This document shows, piece by piece, positions 23,406 through 36,478 of a stretch of DNA of 59,125 bases (positions within the stretch are counted from its first letter, which is position 1; the number at the start of each line of letters is the position of its first letter). Below the pieces are notes generated by a model. The model had not been told where the DNA came from. It was given only the letters and a program-made list of their open reading frames with translations, and ran no database searches. Both the position numbers and the translations under genes were made by a program. The DNA lies in the NCBI GenBank assembly GCA_013265495.1, contig PNXW01006365.1:1-59125 (forward strand). The letters run 5' to 3'. Source of the stretch: Vicugna vicugna (lineage: Eukaryota).

Positions 23406-23899
23406 ACCTCCAAGAAGCCTTTGGTGATCTCCACTACCTGATGCTCCAGGTCGCCAGGCTCCTAGTTGGCCTCCGCATGGCCACCCAGCCCCAACTTCAG
23501 GGAAAGTTAGACACAGGATAACAGAGGTACTGGGTCGGACGTGGCCCACAAGCATGCGGAGGAAGGGCACCGGACTAGGTGGAAAGGCTGGAGGCCACCC
23601 TGAGTCCCCCAGCGAGTGAGCCTGGGGTCTGGCCTCCACTACCCATTCAGAAATGAAGGAGGGGAAGGCTCAGGGTGGCCACCACCTTCCATAAGGCCAG
23701 TGACATCCTTTCCTCTCAGGCCTCCTGGCGCACAGATGCCCCCTGCAGGTTTGGGAGGCCCCTGAAATAAAGCACCGGGACTCCTGGCCCGAGGCCTGGC
23801 ACATAGCAGGCCTTCGATGAAAGGCTGTTTCTCCTCTCTCTGTGTCTTGTCCACGACCTGCTCCAGCCAAGGCCAGGTGAAGGAGAAGGCTGGGACGGC

Positions 23900-24600
23900 T
23901 GTGGTCAGCCGCGCCTCTGTGCCAACCCCGAATCCGCCTTCAGCTTTCTGCACTGGAACTAGACACTCAAGAAAGCGGCAGAAGAACCAAACTTTGTCCT
24001 CGCGGGTGCCCGCAGAGCCACCGCAGCCCTGTCTTCTCTGTTTAATGGCCAGAACGCCCACCAGCCCCTTTCCAAGCGGCCCGCGCCGGCGCGCTCCGGG
24101 CAGCGCAGGATCAGGGAAGACCCCCCACGGCCCTAAAGAACCCGGATCCGGTTCCGTCCCCCGTCCTCGCCGCGGGCCACTCCCGGCTTCAACAGGTTCT
24201 CCCGGGAACCTAAACTTGGACAAAGTTTCCCCCCGGCCCGGAGCGACCTGTCCCCGCACTCCCTGAGCCCTGTGCGGGGAGCCTCTGGTGCAGCGCCGCG
24301 CAGTCCGCGGGGCTGCAGAGCCCGGCCCGGGAGTCCAGCCGGAGCCGGAGCTGCGAGGACACAGAAGAAGCCTGGGGGCTCCGCACTGTGGCGGAGGCGA
24401 CCGTGGAGGTGGATGATGGTGGCCGAGGCAGCAGCGTCTCAGATGCCACTTACCGCAGGGCAGGAGCGCTCCCAGGTAAAGCGGAAACAGCTGATCTAGC
24501 CTGAGAGGGCAGGAGCAGGGCAGGCTGCGGTTCAACCTGTGCGCGCTGCCTTCTCCTTCCTTGGGCCAAACTTCGATCCCAAAGGAGGGGGCGGCTCCAC
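23900..24600 (-). promoter_or_regulatory. CpG island; probable ECEL1-derived promoter and non-coding first-exon region
   Basis: Very CpG-dense, immediately upstream of the ECEL1P coding exon; minus-strand donor GCG|GTAAGT at 24453-24448. Confidence 0.65.
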
Positions 24601-27600
24601 ACTCCTCCACCTGTCCCCAGTGCCCCCTCTTTCTCCTGCCTCCATCCTAGCTACCTGTCAGCTCGGTGGCAGCTCAGGGCTGGGACTGTGGCTGTGGGAA
24701 CACATTCCCGAGGGTCTGGCACAGGCTTTGGGATTGGGGATTCTGGGTTCCTCGTCCCAGGAGGAGTGAGGGCACGCCAGGTACTCCCCAGAAAGGGACC
24801 CCCACGATCCAACGCCCCCACTCAGGGATGCCTACCAGCCGGCCAGAAAGGAGCTCCAGCTGAAGATGACGAGGCTGGTGGGCCATCCCAGCTGTTCCCA
24901 CCGAACTGGAGCACTACCCAGGGAGGACTCCCAAAAGGCTGGGGTGTGCTGATAGTGCTTGTACCACCTGGCACAGCATATGCAGCAGAGCAGGCTTCTA
25001 TAAGGGGGTTCCCTGGTCCCCCTCCTTTAGCTCCTGCCCATGCCCAGCCCTCCTCCACAGACGGCTGGGGTCTTGCTTGATCATGCTCCCTTCACGCCAC
25101 CCCTGGTGGAGGAAGAGCCTGGGAGGCTGCTTCAAGAAAGGGCCACAGGGCTGAGACTGAGCACCTCCCCCCAGACTTGGCTGGCCTGGGTCCCCACTGC
25201 TCTGGAAGCCCCTGGGGAAGAAAACAACTGGAGAGAAATGAAAGAGCCCTCCCTGCAGGAGCCAGGGAGGGAGGGAGTCCACCTCCTGGGCACAGCAGCC
25301 CCACTGCTCCAATGGGCTGTTGGGCTTCAGGACCTTCGTATTTAGGCCAATGGGAGAACAGGCCAGGTGAAGGGGCTAGGAATTTATTCACCCAACTCCT
25401 TCTCCTGGTTCAACTTGCTTTTTTAATGTGGGACCTCCCTCCCATGACTCCCAGCCCCTGGGCACAGGGCCTTCTTCTCCCTGGCTCACTCACCACTGCA
25501 CTCACAGAGACCTCAGGGCTTCCTGGATGAATGATACTGTTTCTGGAGTCTCTGTCCTCCCCACCTGCCTTACCCACCCTCTACTTCTGGTGTCCCTAGC
25601 AGGGAACCCCACAAAGCACCGGCAGTCCCAAGCATGGTAGCTTCAGCTTGCAGGACTGGCCTAAATTACATTAGAGACAGCCCAAGACTGCCCTGGAGCC
25701 CCATCTGATAAGGACCACAACAAAACAGGAACAAAAGGACCCATCACTCTGTTCCCTCCCCTGGTGGGCCTGGGGGCCAGTATCGGGCCTGATGGCTGCC
25801 CCAGGGAGGGGACAAGGTGATAGCCATGGGTGGGCACCTCTACCCCAATTCTGCCTGTCCCTTGTGTGTCCATCCATTCACCTCTAAGCCACCTTCTGGA
25901 TACTGTTTGCCTCCACCTCTGACCATCTCACGGTCCTCCTTTGACCCAAGTGTTCTTTTTGAGTCTAATTCTACCCATGGGAGGTGGGATTATGTAAAAT
26001 GTGGTGATTCCATAAAGGAGGAGAGGGAGGGAAGGGAGGTGGAAAAGTGGCTCTTAGTGGTTTTAATCTGCATTTTTCCCTTAACGTTTTGTCTGCAGGA
26101 GGGTAATTTTCCAGCCTTTTCAGACCCTGATTGGTATCATTTCTGCAGCAACGACAGCTTTTATTTTCCCTGAAATGAATGCCATGAAATTTCCAAGAAA
26201 TGTAAAAATGGATATTGTCTCAGGGAGCTGACTCTCTTCTGACAGAAAGGCACAAAGGCAAACCTGCTTCCCCAGGGACGCTGCTGCTCCAGCCACTGGA
26301 GGGTGGGGAGCCAGGCCCTCAGCTCCCCCTCCCCCCTCCTCCCTCCCAGGTCAGCTGTAGGACCCCCTCCTGGCCATCCCTCTCCCAGAGTCTCAGCTGC
26401 CATTGACCTGTTCCTCTGCCTCCCCATTCCTGGCCAGGCCATCCTGTCTGCCTGCCTCGCTCCATCTGGCCTCTCTGTACAGCATCTCATCCTCCACACC
26501 CAGCCCCAGAGGCTCCGCCAGGGCTGAGCACAGCAACCAGGGCTCACAGGAGGTGACTGGGGACTGGGCCCATGACCACTCAGTCCCAGTCCCCCCAGCA
26601 CCGCCCACCAATAAGGGTGACCAGGCCCCGCCTCCTGTGCTCTTCTGTCCCTTCTCAGAAAGGGCAGCTGAGTGGAGGTGAGTGGAGGACACTGAACATC
26701 TGGCCTCTAGCTCCCTCCGTCTTTTTGAGGGTCCTGGGGTGCCCCTCCCATTGTCAAAATGACTCCCTGAGGAGCAAGAGACTGAGAGGACCCAGCCCAG
26801 CCCTGAGGAGGCAGCTGGATGCCCAGTTTGGGGTGGGAGGGAGCATGGGAACATTGATGGAGCTGGTTGGGGAGGGAAGGGGTGTGGACAAGGGGCAGAG
26901 GTGAGGGGACCCTCTGCCTCTTCCCTTTGCAGATCCCATCCATGCTGTGTGGGGCATCACTGAGTCTGGATTCTGGGGAAGGGGTGCAGAGCAACCCACT
27001 GTATGGGGACAGGAGTCCATACACTGATGACTCGCATGCATTCAGCTTCCACCAAGTGAGCTGCTAAACGCTTCACTTCATAGGCAGGCGGGCTGCCTGC
27101 CTGAAGCCATCCTGGCCCTGTCTGGAGCTCAGGGTGATCAGAAATGCATATATAAATATATTCTTGTTTTAAAAGACTTAAAAACACAAATGTGTCTGGC
27201 GTAAAAGCCCTACTGCACAACGTTTCCCTCTGCCATCACTCCCCAAGGTAAAGTAATCTTTGTGACAATTATTAAGGCTCATGCTGACATCGCTTTATTT
27301 TTTTAAATGAGTAGGTCACCAGGAGATGTGTGATTTAGTGCCCTGTACCCACAGGCCTCCACCAGCCTCTCCCACACAGAAGTCCCCATTGTCTCCATCC
27401 CTAACCCAGGGACACAGGTGGTCTTGCCCACACCTGTCTGGTCTCCAAAGCCCAGGCCTTGTCTGGTGTCCTGCCTCTCACCCACCCTCTCAGCCCACCC
27501 TGCCCGCCCTCCCTGCTCCAGCTCCACTCCATCCCCTGGAGGCTCTCCCCAGGTGGTGGCACAGCCCCTCAATTCTGTCCCCAGGTCCCATCTATACCTG

Positions 27601-28289
27601 TGGCTCCAGAGGCTCTCCACATTCCAAATCCAGCTCATCTTTCGTTTCTCCTCCTCTTCCTCACTCCCTACTTCAGGCCCAAGTCCCAGCGTCCCACTCT
27701 GGAAATGCTTCTCTCTCCCCTCCTCCTTCCCAGCCCATCCTGTGCAAGTTCTGGCCCTTAGTTCTCCCTTCCTGACTGGAGGAAGGGGGTGTCTTCCCCT
27801 TGCCCACCCTGCTGCTGCCCCATGCCCGTTCCCGCCCCACACCCTCCGGGACCCTCAGCATGGTTTCTGAGGCTGCCTTGGTCTGGCTCCAGCCCCCTTT
27901 CTAGCCTCCTCACTCAAGATTCCCAAATTCCCACCTCCTCAAGGGGATTGTACCCCCACCTCGGTGCCTTTGTTATAGTGTCCCCTTTGCCAGAGTGCCT
28001 TGTCGCTAGCCCTCTTGTCCCCCTTTAGGTCTGTCTCAGGCTTCCGGGATCCCTGGGAGTCCCCACTGCCCCGCGGATCCTCACCCAAGGGAGGAAGATG
28101 AGACATGTGCCCTGTGTGCCCAGCCTGGAACCTGATCCCTGGCCTGGGTTGACCAGAGCAGACGTCAGCTGGGACCTGGATGCCCTCTAACCAACAGCTA
28201 TGGTGGGTCCTACCCACCCAGTAACAGGTGTAGAGCATTTCCTATGTGCATGCTCTGTCTAAGCTCTCTGCCTGCTTCACCACACTGAG

Positions 28290-28440
28290 ACTCACAGTGA
28301 ACCCGCCAGGGGCCCCTGATACTGGCCCCAATTTACATGGAAGAAACCGAGGCCCAGGGAAGGCAAGAAAATAGCCCAGGTTCACCCAGCTCAAAAGGAC
28401 TGAAGCTGAGATTCGAACCCATATCTGCAGCATTCACGGA
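28290..28440. mobile_element. MIR fragment
   Basis: CCCCAATTTACATGGAAGAAACCGAGGCCCAGGGA...GAGATTCGAACCCA. Confidence 0.7.
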
Positions 28441-29040
28441 GACTCTGAGCTGGGAGTTGAAAGGACAGCTCTTTAAGGGGCAGGCAGGGCACTCAGAACC
28501 CACGTGAAGGCAACATGGGGCCAGGGGCTTGGCTGTGAGCTCCACCACTTTGGAAATCGCCTTTCTACACAAGTCATGTTTGCCATGTGAGCAGCGTGTG
28601 TACTTGTGGGTAGATTGCTTGTGGCCTTTACCTGCCCTCTGCCATAGCAGGTGAGCGAGGACTCTGACACCTCGAGGCTTGCTCACCTCCTCCCTGGGAT
28701 GGCCCTGAGCACAGGTAGGGGGGAGGCTGCAGACTGAGTGCTGTGGTGCTTGTATCTGGCACGGCCCCCTGCTCGCCGTTCAGCTGTCTGTCACGGCAGA
28801 GCCCACCCCAGACTCCCAGAGTCCTGGGCCCCTGGTGGCACTGAGCTCCAGATGCTCAGCAGATGCCAGGCCTGGGACCAAGGCCCTGTCTCTGAGGACT
28901 TGGCCTGCTGTTCTGGAAGGTGATCCTGGCCAGCAGCTGTTCCCGGGCCCCCATGGAGAGCAGCTGTCAGGCAGTTCGTGAGTTCCAGCGCCCCACCCCA
29001 GCAGAGCTGTGGCAGGCTGAGGGCAGGGGCTGGGTTATGA

Positions 29041-29918
29041 TCAGGGCAGGTACCCAGACCAGGGAGCAAGGTGTGAGGCCAGGGCAGCGTGCAGGGCTCC
29101 ATCCCCACTTGGGTTCTCAGACCACAGTATGTGCAGTTTGTTCTCAGAGGACGTCCTATCCACCCAGGACAGGTGGAGCATCGTCTGAGGTCTGGCTGTG
29201 GGCCTGTGTGTGCAGCCCTGCCCCTCGAGCGGGGAGGAGATCAGGGAGAAGGGTGCTTGCTGACGGGTCAGCTGTGGGAGCCCCTCTTCTCCTCACGTTC
29301 CGTCAGAGCAGAGTTCACTCTCCGGGACGGAGTGAAGCCGTGGCCTGAGAGCTGGCTTTGGCCAAGGAAAAACACACTGAATGGGAGTCCAGAGACCCCT
29401 GAACCTTGTGTTAGAGGTTGGACTTCAGAAACTAAGGTCTTCCCTGCCCAGAAGTTCCTGGTTCTAAACTACTACTGCCAAGTCCCAGATCCTGTGGAAG
29501 GAGGATGCTGGACGCCCCCTGCTGGTCACACCAGGGAACTGACCAGTGAGAGTCTGGTAAGAAGAGGCCCATTTGTTGGCCCGAAATGAGAACAGTGACA
29601 CCCACCCATCCATGCCCCAGTACTGACCAGCCCAGCTCCCCTTCATGGGTGCCCCGCCCCATTTCTAACAGTGAATCCTGAACTCAGGGGATGCTGGCTG
29701 CTGGCCTCTTGGATTATCCTTGGACTTCCTCTTCCCAAGTGCGCCCCTCCCAGCCACCCCAGGGCTTGATGCTCCAGGCCATGGTTCCACTTACTCATGC
29801 TCACAGGCTTGCATTTTGTCTCTACCCCTCCCTCCCCCACCTGCAGGTAGGAGAAGGATTTACCTTCTCCTCAGGGCAGGTACCCAGACCAGGGAGCAAG
29901 GTGTGAGGCCAGGGCAGC
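29041..29918 (+). repeat. Exact 48-bp direct repeat pair (29041-29088 and 29871-29918)
   Basis: TCAGGGCAGGTACCCAGACCAGGGAGCAAGGTGTGAGGCCAGGGCAGC occurs twice, 830 bp apart. Confidence 0.9.
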
Positions 29919-31564
29919 TGGTCCCTCACAGCTATCCGGGAGCACTAATGAGCTGTGGCAGCACCCGGGGAATTGGGCTCTTGCTCCTGGGCCACCACCC
30001 TGTTTGGTGACATTGACATTTATCAGGGAGGAGTGCTCTGTATCTCTGAACTGTCTTGGAGAGAGTCCCACAGGCTGCCCTCTTAACTCCCGCCCTGTCC
30101 TGAGGGAGGGGCTGAGACACTCAAGGATGTGGAGCCCCCAGAGGCACCAAGGGACCTGTCCAAGGTCAGCCCCTGCGACCAAAGTTTCTCCAGACTTCCT
30201 TCTCAAGGTTAACAAGAGCTACTTGTTTTTTCTCACCAGCCTCAGGCAACTCAGGGACTATACCAGGGACCAGGGAGGACAAGTTGTGGGGTCACTGGAG
30301 AAGCAGCTTGATGAGGTCGTGTCTCTGCCTGGGGCTCTGGGCATCAGCCCCACCCTCCCCATCCCTCCCCTTGGCTTCTCCTCCTTACTCAAGATCATGA
30401 GAGGTGAGGCTTGGAAACCCCTGCAGGAAGTAAGAGCAGGAGCAGGGCTCTGTCTGGGGAGATTCCTCAGGCATTCAGTTCCTTTGACCTGCGGGGTGGG
30501 GGTGAGGATAGAGGGGGTGGGGGCACAGGCTGGAGTCCCCCATCCCTGCTTGCCCTGCTATTTGGCCTGCCCTAGCCCAGAGCCCACCCCAACCCTGCTA
30601 TGGAGCCATGCTGTCCCCTGCTGGCCACACTAATAAAATGCAGCCCAGGGTCAGCCCCAAGGTTACAGGTGTTCCCTCCTCACCCAAGCCAGCAGTTAAA
30701 CTGGAGATGGCGGGGCTCCAAAGGACAGCCTGTGTGCCCCCCTCCCACAGTGATAGACTACGTGTGGAAACAAGTCTAGAACTGCCTGGCACACAGTCCT
30801 GTTTGCTGACTGAGCAACAGGTAAATGAGTGAACGTGTGCATCTGATGAATTCAGATGATGATGATCTGCAGTGTCTGACCAACAACAGAAAATAAGTAA
30901 ATCAGACATTCATTGAACAGAAACTGAAAGTCCTCATGGGCTGACAAGGTCTAAATATGAAATCAAATGTGGAGAGTCAAATGGTGCTCGACTGTGACCC
31001 TAGAACAGCCTCGTCCTTTTTGCCAAGTGGCTGGTTGGGCAGTTAGTGCCCAGGAGGGATGGAGACAGCCTCCAGGGGAGGTGTGGAAAGGTCAAGAGAG
31101 GGGGGACAAACGGCAGAGAGGACAATCCCAGAGCACCGTGGGGAGATTCCAGGCTGACAATTTAGCATGAAAGGTAGAGAGAGGAAAGCAGCTCCTGGGT
31201 CTTGAGGCCAATGACACACCAGGCACAGGGTGCTCTTGAAGCAGGTTTGACTCCTATGGTTCCTACAACCACCCCGTGAAGATGTTCAGGCCCCACAGGG
31301 GTGGAAGCTCAGCCTCCCAGGGCTGAGAATGGCTGACAGAAGCAAGGCCATTGTCTACCTGCCAGGTTGCCAGCTGTCACCCAGCTGCAGAGACTGGCCC
31401 ACAAGATCCATGTGCCATCCCCAAGCAAGCTATTCCTGTGGGGACGACATGGCTGAAGGGAACCAACCCTGGTGGGAGGCAGAGGCTGCTAAACCCTCAG
31501 TTCCAAGCTGTCCTCCTCCTTCCTCAAGCAGGGCCTCCCTGACCTCTGCGCTCTCAGCACTTAC

Positions 31565-31706
31565 ATGGGGCCCCGGCTGAGCTGAAGTCCATGGGCAGCC
31601 CCATCTGGTCGCAGAATTCCATCAGGTCATTGAGCATCTTGGTCTGGGGTGTGGGATGCTGGCGTAGCAGGGCTCGCTCAGGAAAGGTGTGGTGGATCTT
31701 GTGGGC
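31565..31706 (-). pseudogene. DIS3L2P: DIS3L2 pseudogene exon fragment in inverted orientation
   Basis: Minus strand [46 protein letters not shown] followed by a GTAAGT donor (31564-31559); matches DIS3L2 [46 protein letters not shown] as recalled. Confidence 0.9.
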
Positions 31707-31872
31707 CTGTATCTGTGCTGGATGAAAGCTGGCAGCCTGGGAGGTACACAATCTTGTTTCTGGCAGCTGGTCTCAGTCCTCCGAGGTGAAGCTTCAGCCC
31801 CTGTAGGGCCTGGCAGAGCGCGCCCTGCCGGCCCCAGCATGGCCAGACTTTGAGACCTGCCCCCCTCCCCAG

Positions 31873-32020
31873 ATGGATGTGTACTTCTGCTTGGAGATAC
31901 TGCGGGAGCAGGCGCAGTTCCGGCACTACGCCCTCAACGTGCCGCTCTACACACACTTCACCTCTCCCATCCGCCGCTTCGCTGACATCCTGGTGCACCG
32001 CCTCCTGGCCGCTGCGCTCG
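31873..32020 (+). pseudogene. DIS3L2P: DIS3L2 pseudogene exon (RNB domain signature)
   Basis: 148-nt AG/GT-bounded exon [50 protein letters not shown], containing the RNase II/RNB motif HYAL...[10 protein letters not shown]. Confidence 0.93.
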
Positions 32021-32698
32021 GTAAGGGGTGCAGCAGAGGGAGCAGTGCCTGCCTGTGCCCAGCTAAGGGCTGCTGCTCCCAGAGTGGGTGCCCAGTGGCC
32101 AGAGACCACACTGCCAGGGAGCCACTGGTGCCCCCCAGGCCCCGCCCCTCAGCAAAGATGGCCTGTCACGGCATCCCTGAAGCTCGGCAGAGGCAAGAGG
32201 CAGGACTGGGGGTCGTCCTCTATCAGTGATCAAGCAGCCATCTGCCCAACAGCAGGGCAGGGTGCTCCCAAGAGGCGAGTCAGAGGTGAGCCAAGGACAG
32301 GGGCCTCTGCCTACCCCTCTAAAGCAGGGTTCTTCACTTGTAGAACAATCTGATGAGAGCTGGGATCTGATACCCAGAAAACAGTTTTTACCTCCAACGT
32401 GCTTCAAACCAGCCCAGACCCAGCTGTTCCTCCCTGACCCAAGGCCCCACCCTGACCACATCTCCCAGGCAGTGCTCACAACGGTGTCTGGCTCCTTTCC
32501 TTCTCACCACGCACCATGGCCTCAGTCCATGAACAAGCTCAGCTTACAGACAGGTAAGAGGGGATGGAGAGGCAGAGCAGGGGTCCCGGGGGCCCCTGGG
32601 TGGACAGTGGCACAGCTGGGTCCCTGCCCCTTCCATCCCACTGAGCGGCCCCTCACGTCCCAACCCCGTCACCTTGCCCGGGCTCTGCTGTGTCTCAG

Positions 32699-33165
32699 GT
32701 CGTCACCATCTACAGACCCACCCTTCAGCAACCAGGCACCGAGGGCCTCCTGGACCCGCAGGTGGAGGGCGGTGTGAGGAGCAGGCTGAGCAGCAGGAGG
32801 ACTGAAACCACCAGCCTGGCCCAACCCTCCAGCCCAACTGCCCCACCCACTGGCTTTTAGGAATTGGAACTTTTGACACCAAAGGGGAGTTTTAAAATTT
32901 GATTTTTATCAACTCAGGGTTTTATTTTTATTCTTTTTCATTCTATTTTCTTTTTGCAGCTCAGTTTTTAAACTGGAGGGTGGAGGGTGGAGCTGGATGG
33001 AAACCTGAGGGCTGGTCAGTGCTTACCAGAGCAGAGCTAGACCCGGTCACCCTAGGAGGGCAGCCCACTTTTGCCAGTTTATCCACTGCCTTGCCTGCCC
33101 AGGAAATCAGCGGTCTTCAGCAAATCAGTGTCATGGAATAAAATCAAGTGTGAAGTGCTGTCTGC
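32699..33165 (+). pseudogene. DIS3L2P: DIS3L2 terminal exon and 3' UTR remnant
   Basis: Acceptor TCTCAG then VVTIY...LQQPGTEGLLDP, resembling the DIS3L2 C-terminus with an internal deletion; T-rich UTR and AATAAA at 33137-33142. Confidence 0.65.
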
Positions 33166-35739
33166 TGTGTGGGGCACCCCTGGGAGGCCAGGGTGGCAGG
33201 GTGCCCCATGGACCCAGGACATGGGACCTGGCCCAGGCTCCACCCCTCACAGCTGAGCTGGGGTTGCCACCCTCGACAACCCCCATCAGTTCCAGGATGA
33301 TTCACAGCTGGCCACACAGCAGATTGATGCCAGGGCCTCATGCTGGCTGATGAGAAACCTAATTAGTATGCAAAACGGCAGGCTCACCCATCCCCCTGCC
33401 ACACTTGGCTGTGTCCATCCCCACCCCACCACCTCCTCTCTGACTACTGGCCCCCGTGGCCTCAAGAGGGGGCGTGGTTCCTGTGACACACACCCCCAGT
33501 TCTAAGGCCAGAGCTCTGGGTGGCCCTGACCACATCCCTTAGTGCCGGCTGGTGCCTCGGCACCTCCACTCCCAACCCCTCGGCCTGGCGGCTGCAAGGG
33601 AACATGAGGGTGAGGCCTGGGTCAGCTGGAGGGATGAGAGGCCCCCAGACTGACCTTCCCGACCAGAGAGGGAGAAATGGGCTCCTGGTGGCCCTGGCCT
33701 GGCCTGGTCACATGCCTGAGCACCCACTGATCTCACCATTCTTAGGGACACAGGGACAGAGATGGCAGGCCCCACAGTGGCTCTCTGTGCTCTGCTGGTT
33801 TGACCTCAGCCTGTGCTTCTACTTTGGACACCAAACTAGGGAACCACAGGCTGGCATCCCCAAGAGCTGCTAGAAACCGAGGTGAAAACCATGATGACCA
33901 AGGCCCCAGTTCCACCAGGCTGTTTCCTGGGGTGTTGGTATTAACACCTCATTTGATCTGGTCTCAGCACATTTTCTTCAAAGAAAAATTCAATACAGCA
34001 CCTTGTCAAACGGCCTGGCCAGGGCTGGAGGGGTGACTGGGCCTGGTTGCCTCAGTTTGCCACCAGCCAGCTCCACCTCCCATCCGCCAGCACAGGGCTG
34101 GGGCCAGAGGGGAACAAGAGACACTTCATCGCACCTGCCCTCACTTCCTTTCTCTCCTCCTCCAACACCTCAGCCAGCCTTCAGTCTGTCCATCCTGCCA
34201 GCCCCAAGATGTCCCAGAGGCCACCGTTCCCCTCTGCTCCTGCCCCAAAGCCTTCTGGAACCAGGTGTCTGGGAGGGGAAGGACGTCTGGTCTGGTGGTT
34301 TGGTGTTTGAGGAGGTCTCTGGGTGCTTCTGCAGCCTGGGCAGCCTGACGGGGAGAACCAAGGGGGAGACGCCTCAGCCCTGTCCCCAGCCCCTCAACTG
34401 CCCCCCCGCCCTGAGGAGGAGCAGCCCCTCTTCCTGGCACTGTCCCCGAGACCGTCCCACCCAGCCTGGGAGCTGGGAGCAGAGCAGAGCCCCCACGGAG
34501 GGGCCCTCAGGGAGGCGGTGGGTCAGCGTGCTGGGCCCTCTCGGGCAGCATGGACCCAGGCCGGACACCCCTCCTACCTGCCCCAGCGCCCCCCCTCCAG
34601 GGAAGTACAGGCAGCTTGGGCAGCGAGGAAGGTCTCTGGTGCCTGGGCTTGCCGGGGTGGGGGGTGTGGGCGCGGGACTCACCCTGAGGGCCCCAGAGCC
34701 CCGGGACCCAGAGCGGCCCCAGCCCAGCCCCACCGCACTGGACAGAAGCTGAAGCCACACCCAGAAGGGAGGCAGGTCTCTGGCCAAAGTGACACAGTAA
34801 GACTGTGCCCAGCCGGGTCCAGGGTTCAGGCACCTGCCCTCCCCAACTCCCACTGCCTGTGGGCTCTGAGCAAACGGCCCAGAGCCCTACCCACCTGACC
34901 TCGGCCACGTCCTTCATCTGCAGCCACTCCCTCAGAAAATGTCCTTGACACCATCCACACGTAGGGTGCTGGCGGGACACAGATCCATGGGTTCAATGAG
35001 GAAGACTGTCCTCTGTGGCCCCAGGATAAAGGATTGTTGATTAGAAGAGGTGACGAGACACAAACCTTGTCAGAAACGAAGACTTGGTCATCCCTTCAGC
35101 CGTCCCGGAACCTGCACAGTTGTTGAAGGGGCCACCTTGCGTCACCATGGGGGAGGGAGCTGTAGATGCAAATAATGTCAGTGCAGGTCAAGGTTCTAGG
35201 GCAGTTCTGAGGCTGGAGTGTGTATTCCCACCATGAAGGGATGGTGCGCAGAAGACGAAAGGGCCAGCAGTGGGCTCAGGAGGGCAAAGGAATGGGGGCT
35301 TGGAGGTACTTGACCTGAGCCATGAAGGGCGGAGGTCAGGAGGATCAGAGAGGGCCCAGAGGACAGGCAGGGAGAAGCCCGTGAGGTGGGAGTTGGGGGG
35401 AGTGGAGAGGAGTGTGGGGGAAGCAGTTGGGGTGGTGAGAATTATTCAAGTTGGGGGCCATAGTGAAAGAAAAGCTGACAGGAAATCCTGAAGGACCAGA
35501 TGTAGGAATGACAAGAAGGGTCTGAGTGCAGGGAGAGCTACTGCTCTGGCCCGACGTCCTCAGAACATAGTCGCAGTTGAAAGCCTGGGGATAGTGAGTT
35601 CAGAGTTAGGGGGAGGGGGAAAGCAGGGGAGGGCTCAGAGAACTGAACATCTGAGATCAGTAAGATGAGAAGGAGAGCCCAGTTCAGGTAGGCTCCTTGG
35701 AACCCAGTCCCCCTAAAACTGAGTTTCCCTGCCAAGTTT

Positions 35740-36478
35740 ATAATTAACCTGTCTTTTCAAAACTTTATTCCCTTTCTTGTCCTGACCCGTTCCCTCCAGA
35801 ACTGAGGAGAAGCAAAGAGAAGAGGGAACTGAAATTGAGCAGGACCCAGTGGGGCCTTCCCAGGTACACAAGCCCCTCCAAGCCCTCCATTTCCTGTTCA
35901 TAGAAAATCGGCTTTGGTCTCCTAGGCCTTCCCTGAGTTCCAAAGAACAGACTCAAGCAGTTGCTAATTCGAGAAGTCCGGGAAGGCAGGAACAAAGGAA
36001 AGGCTGTCAGCACAAAAAGGAAGAACAGCTTAAACAGTGGGCGCCCAGGACACCTAGTTCCCCCTCAAGGGTTATACCTAACAACCCGACACACATCTTT
36101 GAGTTGCTCTGCAGAAACTAAGACCCCATCCCACCCAGGTGGAGGACGGTGACTACGTGCTGACCACAAGCACGCGGAGCCCAGCCTGGGTGGAACTAGG
36201 AGGCTGATGACTAAGATCCCCGACATAGCACCCTGATCACCAACTAATCAGAAGCAAGTCCACAAGCTGGCCAGGTACTTGCAACCCTCACCCCTCATGT
36301 TGCCTTAAAAATCCCTTCCCTGAAAGCCATCGGGGAGTTCGGGTCTTTTGAGCATGAGCTGCCCACTCTCCGTGCTTGGCACCTGCAATAAGCGCTGTAT
36401 TTTCCGTCACCACATCGGTGTCAGTAGCTTGGCTTTACTGCTCACTGGGGGAGCGGACCCAAGTTCGGTTGGGTGCCA
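35740..36478 (+). mobile_element. ERV solo LTR
   Basis: CCTTAAAAATCCCTTCCCTGAAAGCCATCGGGGAGTTCGGGTCTTTTGAGCATGAG, CAATAAG signal, end GCGGACCCAAGTTCGGTT; 5' boundary approximate. Confidence 0.7.

Noticed and set aside
23639..24610. 323-aa minus-strand ORF
   Set aside because: Low-complexity G/P/R-rich translation of a CpG island; no recognisable domain
32500..32560. Possible further DIS3L2 exon remnant ending CAG|GTAAGA
   Set aside because: Good donor motif but peptide similarity too weak to support by eye
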